This document shows positions 20,079 through 28,600 of a DNA stretch of 32,000 bases, in pieces (within the stretch, counting starts at the first letter, position 1; each line of letters begins with the position of its first letter). The DNA is from Telmatocola sphagniphila. Its GTDB lineage: Bacteria; Planctomycetota; Planctomycetia; Gemmatales; Gemmataceae. The notes under the pieces were generated by a model. That model was not told where the DNA came from. It ran no database searches and saw only the letters and a list, made by a program, of their open reading frames with translations. The translations under genes were made by a program, and so were the position numbers. The DNA is taken from positions 6,540,001 through 6,572,000 of the forward strand of contig NZ_CP074694.1 of NCBI RefSeq assembly GCF_018398935.1, read 5' to 3'.

Positions 20079-20384
20079 TTAATTGCCACCCATGATCTTG
20101 GCACCGATCAGCAGACAGAGAACCAGGCTGAGAATCCCGGCCCCTTCGACGAGACCGGCGAGAATGAACATCGCGCCTTGAATCTTGCCGGCCTGTTCGG
20201 GCTGACGGGCAATACCGGACAGAGCAGCGAAACCGATCAGACCCAGACCGACGCCAATGCCCAGAACGCTGAAGCCCATGCCGATCCCGGCCCCGATCCC
20301 CTGGTAGTTCTCGGCAGCCATCGACGGCGCGGCGAAGAACATAACGGCGAACAGAGCCAGCAAAATCCGAGAAGTAACTGCCAT
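20079..20384 (-). CDS. atpE: Fo ATP synthase subunit c (101 aa)
   Basis: Helix 1 is GIGVGLGLIGFAALSGIARQPE, with the conserved ARQPE loop. Helix 2 is MFILAGLVEGAGILSLV, with the carboxylate Glu. The ATG at 20384 follows GGAG. The 155-aa ORF in the track extends upstream into atpB and is not credible. Confidence 0.92.
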   Translation of the reverse strand: MAVTSRILLALFAVMFFAAPSMAAENYQGIGAGIGMGFSVLGIGVGLGLIGFAALSGIARQPEQAGKIQGAMFILAGLVEGAGILSLVLCLLIGAKIMGGN

Positions 20385-20442
20385 GAGAACTCCAAATTTA
20401 CAAGTAAGAGTTTTTCGTAATTCAATAACCCAGTCAACAAAT

Positions 20443-20460
20443 CGCGGGACGATTCCCGCG
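20443..20460 (-). promoter_or_regulatory. GC hairpin in the atpB-atpE spacer
   Basis: CGCGGGA (20443-20449) pairs with TCCCGCG (20454-20460), giving a 7-bp perfect stem and a 4-nt loop. On the mRNA strand it is followed by AUUUGUUG. It sits 13 nt after the atpB stop and about 60 nt before the atpE start. Confidence 0.45.
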
Positions 20461-20473
20461 TTCCGTGCAAATA

Positions 20474-21364
20474 TTAGTGCTGTGGATGCATTGCCAAACC
20501 GATGAAGGTCGCCGTCAAGAACGTAAACAGATAGGCCTGCAGGCATGCCACAAACAATTCCAACAGACTCAAAGCCACACTCAGGAAAACGCTAATTCCA
20601 GTCACCGGCCAGAACAGGAAGTTCGCCACATCGCTTTCGTGAGAGGCCGCCCCGATCAACTGGATGAAGAACAGGATCATGAACAGAACCAGGTGACCGG
20701 CCATCATGTTCGCAAAAAGTCGGATGGCGAGCACCGAGCCGCGAACCAGAGCCCCAAAAATTTCCAGGCCGAAAAGGCCCCAGCCGAGAAACCAGCCGAA
20801 CAACTTCATGGCTGGCCCGCCTTCGATATCCACGTGCGGTCGGAAGGTCATCAAATAACCGTAGGGACCGTGGTTGGCTCGCATGCCACTGAAGTGGATG
20901 ACTAGAAAGCTAATCAAAGCCAGGGCCGCACAGACGGCGATATTACCAGTTACGCTCGGAATGAACGGGAACATCCCGAGCAGATTCATCATCAGAATGA
21001 ACAGGAAGATGGTCCACAAAAACGGCAGGAATCGCTTGTAGTCGTGTTCGCCTATCGCCGGGATGGCGACCTGATCGCGAACGAACAGAAGGATCGTTTC
21101 GAGGAAGTTCCACATCCGACCGCGAGGAACGGCACCCGTATGAATTTTCCTGGCGACGGGTACGAACAGAGCGATCAGGATCACGGCGGCCAGCGTCATC
21201 ACCAGCATAAACTTGGGATGTTCGAACAGTCCCAATTTCAGTTCGCCGATGTCGATGCCGAAATTATCGAATATGTGAAAGTGCGAGCTATCGGAAATAT
21301 GACCGATCGGATCCGGATTGTGGGCGCCGTGTTCTACGGGTACGGGTTCAGAGTTGAAGAGCAT
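20474..21364 (-). CDS. atpB: Fo ATP synthase subunit a
   Basis: 296 aa polytopic membrane protein. LAIRLFANMMAGH contains the essential Arg, and the C-terminal block is LQAYLFTFLTATFIG. Confidence 0.95.
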   Translation of the reverse strand: MLFNSEPVPVEHGAHNPDPIGHISDSSHFHIFDNFGIDIGELKLGLFEHPKFMLVMTLAAVILIALFVPVARKIHTGAVPRGRMWNFLETILLFVRDQVAIPAIGEHDYKRFLPFLWTIFLFILMMNLLGMFPFIPSVTGNIAVCAALALISFLVIHFSGMRANHGPYGYLMTFRPHVDIEGGPAMKLFGWFLGWGLFGLEIFGALVRGSVLAIRLFANMMAGHLVLFMILFFIQLIGAASHESDVANFLFWPVTGISVFLSVALSLLELFVACLQAYLFTFLTATFIGLAMHPQH

Positions 21365-21385
21365 ATTTACGAGTCCGATTCCGTT

Positions 21386-21772
21386 TTATGCAGTTCCGAG
21401 TTTCCGAGTTTCTTTGAGTCCCAGCACCGTTTCCGCGATCAACGACAGAACATACAGGGAAATTCCCCAGGCCGCGAAGCCCGCACCATGTTCCCGAACT
21501 TCCGGAAACCAGTAGAAGGCCAGTATGCCGCCGCCCAGTGCCGCTCCCATTCGGAGCAGCGTTCCCACCAGCATTAATACGAGAGTCAGTTCCGGGCCAT
21601 CCTGCCGGTACCAGACTATCAAACCCAAGGATATGATTGCGGGAATCAAAACTATGATCGTTGCAATCGTCGGTACTTGCCAGGGATAGTTCCACATCCC
21701 CGTTAAACAAGCCGTGGAGGCCAGGAGTCCCGGCAGTCCACCAATCAACGCCAGCCAGGCGATCGATCTCAT
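21386..21772 (-). CDS. atpI: AtpI-like small membrane protein (ATP synthase protein I position)
   Basis: 128 aa from the ATG at 21772, which overlaps the atpZ stop as ATGA. It has four hydrophobic segments and lies immediately upstream of atpB. The call is mainly positional. Confidence 0.55.
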   Translation of the reverse strand: MRSIAWLALIGGLPGLLASTACLTGMWNYPWQVPTIATIIVLIPAIISLGLIVWYRQDGPELTLVLMLVGTLLRMGAALGGGILAFYWFPEVREHGAGFAAWGISLYVLSLIAETVLGLKETRKLGTA

Positions 21773-21975
21773 TTTTCTTTCGCTTGCTGGACCAGATACA
21801 TCATGCAGCCAATGAATCCCAGAGCCAAGCCGCCTAACACACCCCAAGGGCTCCAACCAAAGGCATAATCCAGGAAAACACCGACCAGGATTGGACCGGT
21901 TAGTGTACCGCTAGCCGTCGACAATTTCCCCAGTAGCCTCCCTGGGGAGTCCTCTGGTGGCTGTTTCTGATCCAT
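21769..21975 (-). CDS. atpZ: AtpZ/ATPase_gene1-family small membrane protein
   Basis: 68 aa with two TM segments. The motif GPILVGVFLDYAFGWSPWGVLGGLALGFIG resembles the AtpZ pattern (G..LD..LGT.PW....G...G). It is the first gene of the atp operon. Confidence 0.7.
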   Translation of the reverse strand: MDQKQPPEDSPGRLLGKLSTASGTLTGPILVGVFLDYAFGWSPWGVLGGLALGFIGCMMYLVQQAKEK

Positions 21976-22100
21976 CTTCGTTCAGAATAATTAGGAGTGA
22001 CCGGGAACATTGGCAAGCACAAACTGCATCTTCTTAGATATGGCGCGCTTTTCTCATATCTGGGAAGGTTCAGGAGTTCCGATGGAATCGATTGCTCCCA

Positions 22101-24047
22101 TTACGTCGTGGCGTCTTCCAGGTAGGTGTAGCCTTCCATCCCACTCTCGTAAAATCGCATGAATTGTCGCGATTCCTTGACGGAAATCTTCCCCTGCTTC
22201 AGCGCCCTTTCCACATCTTTTCGCATCCGCTCGATCAATTTTTCGGCCGAGTACTGCACGTAATGCAGCACTTCGCGAACCGTGTCGCCCTTGATGACTT
22301 CGTCGATGTTGACCTCGCCATTTTCCTCCAGGTAGACGTGCACGGCATTGGTATCGCCAAGCAAATTGTGCAAATCGCCGAGGATTTCCTGATAAGCGCC
22401 AATCAGAAACGCCCCGAGATAATAGGGCTCGCCATCGGTCAGGGGATGCAAAGGCAGCGTGCCGGAGACATCGCGAAGATCGATGAACTGATCGATCTTA
22501 CCGTCCGAATCGCAGGTGATATCTCCAAGCACCGCCCGGCGGCTCGGTGCTTCATTCAGACGATGGATCGGCATGACCGGGAATAGCTGCTTGATCGCCC
22601 AGCTATCGGGCATCGATTGGAATACGCTGAAATTGCAGAAGTAGGTATCGGAAAGCTGCACATCCAAACCTTGCAGATCTTCCGGGACGTGGTCCAGTTC
22701 CTTCACCAGTTTTTGCAGTTTCTTGCCGACGGCCCAGAAAAGCCGTTCCGCCATGGCCCGGAGTTCGATGCTCAGGTAGCCGAGTTGAAAGAGATTGAGT
22801 GTCTCCTCCATCGCCTGCTGAGCGTCGTGATAGCTTTCCAGAAAGTTCTTTTTGTTGATATCGCTGTAGATGCCATAGAGATCCTTGATCGGCTGCGGGG
22901 CATCGTCGGGAATTTCGCTGGGGGCCGTGCAGCGATCGAAGTTGGATGTACCCAGCACATCGAAGATCAGCACGCTATGGTAAGCCACCATTGCCCGGCC
23001 CGATTCGGAAATGATCGTCGGGTGAGGGATGCCGCTCTCATCGCAGACGCTCTTGATGCGGAACACCACATCGTTGGCGTATTCTTGCAGAGTGTAATTG
23101 ACGCTCGATTCAAAATCGGTCTGCGAGCCATCGTAGTCGACCCCCAAGCCGCCGCCGACGTCCATGAATTTTAAACCGGCGCCGCAGCGATAGAGTTCAA
23201 CGTAGACGCGCGCCGCTTCGTTCAGAGCGTCTTTCACCTTGCGAATGTTGGTGATCTGACTCCCCAGATGGAAGTGGGTCATCTGAAGGCAATCGGCCAT
23301 GTCCCGTTCTTTGAGATAATCGAGCGCTTCCAGAACTTCGGTGATGGTGAGACCGAATTTGCTGCGATAACCCGCCGAAGATTTCCAGCGGCCACTGCCC
23401 CGGCTGGCGAGCTTGACGCGTACGCCAATGACCGGCCGAACGTCCAGTTCCTGAGCGTGCCGTACAATCGATTCCAGCTCGGTGAATTTTTCGACGACCG
23501 GGATGATGTTCTTGCCAAGCTTGCGGGCCAGGATCACCATCTTGATGAATTCATCGTCCTTGAAGCCATTACAAATGATCGGCGTGTCCGAACCATTGGT
23601 AATCGCCAGCACGGCCAGCAATTCCGGCTTGGAACCGGCCTCCAGACCGAACTGGTAGGGTTTGCCGAAGTCGAGGATTTCTTCGACCACCTGTCGCTGC
23701 TGATTCACCTTGATGGGATAAACGCAGCAGTAGTCGCCCGAGTAGTCGTACTCCTTGATGGCGTTGGAAAAGGCCTTGGCCAGTTCCGCCACGCGATGTC
23801 GGAGAATATCGGTGAAGCGAAGCAGAATAGGAGTTTGAATATCGCGATCGATCAACTGATCGACAAGTTGCTTCAAATCGATCGATTCATCGGTTCTTTT
23901 ATTGGGATGCACGGTCACATGACCGGCTTTGTTGATTCCGAAGTAGCCTTTGCCCCAGCCTCGGACGGCATATGTATCGAGCGAATCGGCATTTTTCCAC
24001 TGACGTATAGTTTCCGGGTCGTCGTGACGCTCCAGCGCTTTGGCCAT
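22101..24047 (-). CDS. speA: biosynthetic arginine decarboxylase
   Basis: Contains YCCVYPIKVNQQRQVVEEI (PLP lysine region), FHLGSQI, MDVGGGLGVDYDGS and LGDITCDSDGKI. The ATG at 24047 is preferred because AAGAGG lies 8 nt upstream. The track's GTG at 24056 adds 3 codons. Confidence 0.95.
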   Translation of the reverse strand: MAKALERHDDPETIRQWKNADSLDTYAVRGWGKGYFGINKAGHVTVHPNKRTDESIDLKQLVDQLIDRDIQTPILLRFTDILRHRVAELAKAFSNAIKEYDYSGDYCCVYPIKVNQQRQVVEEILDFGKPYQFGLEAGSKPELLAVLAITNGSDTPIICNGFKDDEFIKMVILARKLGKNIIPVVEKFTELESIVRHAQELDVRPVIGVRVKLASRGSGRWKSSAGYRSKFGLTITEVLEALDYLKERDMADCLQMTHFHLGSQITNIRKVKDALNEAARVYVELYRCGAGLKFMDVGGGLGVDYDGSQTDFESSVNYTLQEYANDVVFRIKSVCDESGIPHPTIISESGRAMVAYHSVLIFDVLGTSNFDRCTAPSEIPDDAPQPIKDLYGIYSDINKKNFLESYHDAQQAMEETLNLFQLGYLSIELRAMAERLFWAVGKKLQKLVKELDHVPEDLQGLDVQLSDTYFCNFSVFQSMPDSWAIKQLFPVMPIHRLNEAPSRRAVLGDITCDSDGKIDQFIDLRDVSGTLPLHPLTDGEPYYLGAFLIGAYQEILGDLHNLLGDTNAVHVYLEENGEVNIDEVIKGDTVREVLHYVQYSAEKLIERMRKDVERALKQGKISVKESRQFMRFYESGMEGYTYLEDATT

Positions 24048-24222
24048 CAAAGGCACCCTCTTAAATTTGCAACGAAATCATTAATCGAATCAATTATAGT
24101 ACTGCCTTCAGACAGACAAGAAAGTGAAATCAGGATGAGGGCGCGGATTTTTCTTCCCGAACAGCGGGAATGGATAGTTTGCGAAAATCATCCGGCGGGC
24201 CGTACGATTCGAAAATGCTCGC

Positions 24223-24738
24223 TTACAACTTCGCGTTCTGGTGCGCGGTCAGCTCTTCGAAGGCCGAACTCGCCTGCAACCAATCCTCGCGAGTTAAATT
24301 TTGAATTGCACTCGGAGAATAACGGACGGCCTCCCCGGGTAACAGAATTGGTTTCAAGTTCATTTCGGGATGTAGGGAGCTTAGCCGTTCCAGTATTTCC
24401 GAAGCGCTCAGGGTCGCGCTGGGGATTGCAAATTGCTCGCTCAAGTATACTCGGCAGAGTCTATCGAGTTCCAGCCAATCTGAAATTTGCGGATCGGTCA
24501 CTTGCAGGATTCGCCGTTTACGGCTTTCAAAATCTTCCCGGGCGGACTGGCGGGATCGGAGTTGGATCTTTCTCCAGCGGGCGCGCACTAGAAAAACGGT
24601 AATCAAGATTACTACCAGTCCCAGAGCCAAAAAACGCAGAATTTCCCAATCGGATAACCCGCTTTCCGCCCTCTCAACGGTCGATACCCGTTCGATCCCG
24701 GTGACCGGCCGCAGGCTTTCAATGCCCTGGTAGATCAT
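24223..24738 (-). CDS. single-TM protein, DUF4381-like, partner of DUF58
   Basis: 171 aa with one TM segment (ILRFLALGLVVILITVFLV) followed by RARWRK and a helical C-terminal region. The start overlaps the DUF58 stop as ATGA (24735-24738). The family call rests on layout and on the usual post-DUF58 position. Confidence 0.5.
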   Translation of the reverse strand: MIYQGIESLRPVTGIERVSTVERAESGLSDWEILRFLALGLVVILITVFLVRARWRKIQLRSRQSAREDFESRKRRILQVTDPQISDWLELDRLCRVYLSEQFAIPSATLSASEILERLSSLHPEMNLKPILLPGEAVRYSPSAIQNLTREDWLQASSAFEELTAHQNAKL

Positions 24739-25622
24739 GAGCGAACTCCGGGGTGGGCCGCCCGCCGTTCGAAGAAGCGGATCAAGGCTTCGAGATGGCC
24801 GCCGACAGTGGAGACCTCCAGCGAATCGATTCTAGCAGCTGCCAGTGTCCGTTCGAATTCCCGTCGGCGTTTTTGCACCTGTTCCTGAAAATTTTGCGGA
24901 AAGGATTTCTGATTCGTGTCAATGAGACGGATCTGCCCCGTTTCGGCATCCCGAAGCCGGATTAACCCACTCCGAGGTACTTCTATCTCCGCCGGATCAG
25001 TGACCTTCAGAGCGAAAGTTTCGTGACGGCGGGCCATCTGACGGAGTGAATTTTCATAGTCTTCCGCCAGAAAATCACTCATCAGAAATACGACGGCCTT
25101 ACGCAGCTTCAGCTTGTTCACGAAGTCCAATGCAGCCGTCAGATTGGTTCGTGGGTCGCTCGGCTCGGTCAAGAGGATATCGCTGAGTAAGCGGGGGATA
25201 TTCATGCGGGCTTTGCCCGGTGGCAGATACCGCTCCACCTTGCCGGCGAACAAGAGTAGCCCCACTCGATCCCGATTTTCGACCGCGCTCAATGCCAATA
25301 ACGCGGCCATTTCCGCCAGAATTTGCTGCTTGGTGTTGATCTCGGTGGAAAAATTCAGGCTGCCGGAGATGTCGATCATCAACAGGATGGTGCGTTGCCG
25401 TTCTTCGGAAAAGGTTTTGATGAACGGGGCATTCAGGCGAGCAGTGACGTTCCAATCGATCGAGCGAATGTCATCGCCCGGCTGATACTCGCGGACTTCC
25501 TCGAAAGTCAGCCCGCTGCCTTTGAAAAGAGTGTGATAGTTACCTAAAAGAGAGGCCTGCATCTTTCGACGAACTCGCAGGTGCAGTCGTCGAATCAATA
25601 GATGCAGGTCCGCGGGAAGCAT
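24735..25622 (-). CDS. DUF58 domain protein (VWA-like, normally a MoxR partner)
   Basis: The hallmark EVREYQPGDDIRSIDWNVTARL is present, followed by ILLMIDISGSL (MIDAS-like start of the VWA fold). Size is 295 aa. Confidence 0.88.
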   Translation of the reverse strand: MLPADLHLLIRRLHLRVRRKMQASLLGNYHTLFKGSGLTFEEVREYQPGDDIRSIDWNVTARLNAPFIKTFSEERQRTILLMIDISGSLNFSTEINTKQQILAEMAALLALSAVENRDRVGLLLFAGKVERYLPPGKARMNIPRLLSDILLTEPSDPRTNLTAALDFVNKLKLRKAVVFLMSDFLAEDYENSLRQMARRHETFALKVTDPAEIEVPRSGLIRLRDAETGQIRLIDTNQKSFPQNFQEQVQKRRREFERTLAAARIDSLEVSTVGGHLEALIRFFERRAAHPGVRS

Positions 25623-25627
25623 CCGAA

Positions 25628-28600
25628 CTATTCTCCGGAATGGACGATTTCAAACTCACCCACCGAACTAGCCGGCTTCTTCACTTCGATTCGCAGATCG
25701 CCCGGATTTCCGGCCGGGAGAGTGGTGCGAACCGAGATCTTGTGCCGTCCTTTTTCCAGCTTGGATTCCAACTTGAAGGAAGACGTGCCTTTGCCAACTT
25801 CTTCTTCGTCAATCCAGATACTGATCGGATTCTTGGAATCGATGAGGAATGCAATCTGGCCCGAGACTTTCACTTCGATCTCCCCTTGCAGGTAGACCAC
25901 ACTCTGGCCGGCTTTCTTCAGTTCTGTCAGAGGCAGGCTGCCGCTGGTCTGAGAGTAGACATTCTCCCAAATTTCCGGTTTGCCACCGATGAAGATCTCT
26001 CGGACCTGTTCGCGATTGGGCACGCTGTCCTTGATTTCCGCCGGAACCGATTTCAGGAGTTTCCAGCGCTGAATCGTGGTTTCCTTGCGGATGGCGTAAG
26101 GACCGGCCTTGCCCAGTTCGCTGACGAACCGCATCAGGTCGAGCAGTTCGCCCTTGGTCAGAATTCGGGTGATGCCTTCGGGCATCAGCGACTTACCGGT
26201 CTTTTCTTCTTCGATGTCCGAAACGGGAATCTTGGTGAGCTTACCGGTCGCATCCTTCAACACCACCAGGTTTTTGTTTCGCTCGACCACGATCCCGGTA
26301 ATCGTCACACCCGAAGAAGTCGTGATACTCTTCGTCAGGTATTCTTCCTTGATCTTGGCACTGGGGTTGAGAATCGACTCGACCACATAATCGACCGGCG
26401 AAGACCCGCCGATTGCACAGAGATCGGGACCAATGTTGCCGCCGGCTTTGTTCACCGCGTGACACTTCATGCAGCCCAGGTCCATCCGGCGGAAAACCGC
26501 TTCGCCCCGTTTGGCATCGCCCTGGGCGATCACTTCTTCGGTCAGTCGCTTGATTTCCGCATCGGTCGGCAGCTTCGGAGAAGCCTCCAACCCGGCGAAC
26601 TTGCTGACGACGGCCGAAAGCTTCGGATCGTCCTTACCGGCCAAGTACATGGCCCGCAGAATTCGCTTGGCCCCATCCGCATCGATCTTTTGTTTTTCCA
26701 GAGCAGCGGCCAAAGCATCGGTGCCGCCCTTACGCAGAATAAACGCTTCTACCACAGGAGCCGGATCATCCGATTCCTTGGCGAGGGCCAGAGCCGAGGC
26801 TGCGGCATTAGCACCGGCGGTCAGGTCGAACTGAGCCAGAGCCGTCGCGGCCTTAAAGCGGATCGACAGCGGATTTTCTGCAGCCGTCAGCTTCTTCAGC
26901 GTTTCCGCATCTTTGAAGCTGGCCAACGCATCGAGAGCATTTTGACGCAGCGATAGGCTGGCCTTGCTGTCGGTCGCCACCTTCTCGATTTCCGGGGTTG
27001 CGGATTTGGTCTTCCAGGCGGCGGCCAGTCGGATCGCTTCCGCAATCAATTCGGGATGACTGCCCGAGAGCAGTTTCACCACAGAGGCATCTTCCACGCT
27101 AGGCAAAACCAGTCGGGAAGTGGCCGCTTCACTCAACCAGCCCAGAACTTTCTTCTGCAAGGTCGGTGGATAGCTGTCGAATTTATCCCAAATGCTCTTC
27201 AATTCCGCCTTGGTGCCGTGCTTGCAGATAGTTTCGATCAACGCCGGTTTGCGCTCGTCCGGAATCGAACCCTTATTCAGCATCGCCACCAGCCCGGCGG
27301 CAATATTCTTCTGATCGATTTTGCCGGTGCCCAAACGTCGTTCGAGTGTCACCAGCGTTTCGTTGAATACGTAATTCAAACCTTCATCCAACGGCTGAGA
27401 CAAAAGTTCGAGAGCCGCCGAGAGGGCTTCTTCTCCACGGAAGAAGCTAAGAGCCCGAATGGCTTCCAGTCGTACGCGCGGGCTGGAATCGTTGATTTGA
27501 ATTCGCAGCAGTTCAATCGGCTTCTTTACATGATCGCGCATGTAGCAGAGCACGCGGGTGGCCGCGGCCCGCGCCTTTTCTTCGGGAGCCCGCAACTCGC
27601 GAAGCAGAAGTTGCTCGTTCAGCACGTTGTGAGACTGGTGCAGCCAGAGAGCTTCCAGCATATTGTGTTCGTAGTTCGGGTCGTCGCTCTTGAGATTGTT
27701 AACCCAGACGTTCAAAGCCGCCACCACTTCCGCCGTCGGCTTCGAAGTCAGTTCAACGCGAGCGCGATAGCGAACTCTATCGTTGTTATCCTTCAGCAGT
27801 TCGAGGAGCTTTTCCGTCGATTCGCCTGCAATCTTCACCGGTTTTTCGAGTGGACGGCCTTCGTAGGTCACCCGGTAGACCCGGCCGTGCAGGTGGTCGC
27901 GGCTCGGGTCACGAAGGTTATGTTGCATGTGGCCGATGATCGGGTTCTGCCAATCCGAAATGTAAATGGCTCCGTCCGGGCCAACTTTCAAGTCGGAGGG
28001 GCGGAAGTTTGGATCGCTCGAGTATACGATCGGTTCCTGTTCGATCCCCTTGATCTCGGAACCTTGATCGTTCAGTTTATAACGGAGAATCCCCTGGAAA
28101 CCGATCACATTACCGACCAGCAGGTTGCCCTGCATTTCCTCGGGGAAATTACTGCTGGAGAGAATTTCCATACCCGGGCAGGGGCGAGTACGCTGCCGGT
28201 AAACCGTCGGCGTGTTGTTGTGCTTGTTATTGCCATCGACCTGACCGCTGAACAACGCGGCTTGATAGGGAACCGAACCGGTGCCGTCGATGACAATATC
28301 CTGGCCCCAGCGGTCGAAAATGTGGCCGTGCGGATTCGCGAAGGGATACGCGACATAGACTTCCAGCGATTGCGTGCGCGGCACGTAACGGTAGACCCCG
28401 GCATTCGCGTTGCGAACGCTCGGCGTGTAAGGCGTTTCGATTTGAGAATGGTGGAAGGTCCCTTCCTGGAAGTAGATCGCCCCACCCGGATCCAGCACGA
28501 AGCTATTCGCGGCATGGTGCGTGTCGGCACTGTCGATACCGCTGATAACGGTTTCGCGATAATCGGCTTTGCCCGATCCCTTGGTGTCTTTCAGGAAGAC

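Noticed and set aside
20079-20384. A Na+-coupled c subunit.
   Set aside because: The Na+-binding signature (Gln in helix 1 and Ser/Thr directly after the helix-2 Glu, as in Ilyobacter tartaricus) is absent. Helix 1 reads GVGLGLIG and helix 2 reads LVEGAG, which is consistent with H+ coupling.
20385-20546. The 155-aa version of the atpE ORF, starting at 20546.
   Set aside because: The extra 54 codons overlap the 3' end of atpB and cross the spacer hairpin. The c subunit aligns from the ATG at 20384, which has a GGAG upstream.
22036-22061. The hairpin AGATATG-N12-CATATCT downstream of speA, as a possible terminator.
   Set aside because: It is an AT-rich 7-bp stem with a 12-nt loop and no U tract on the minus strand. 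That is too weak to call. It might equally be part of the atp promoter region.
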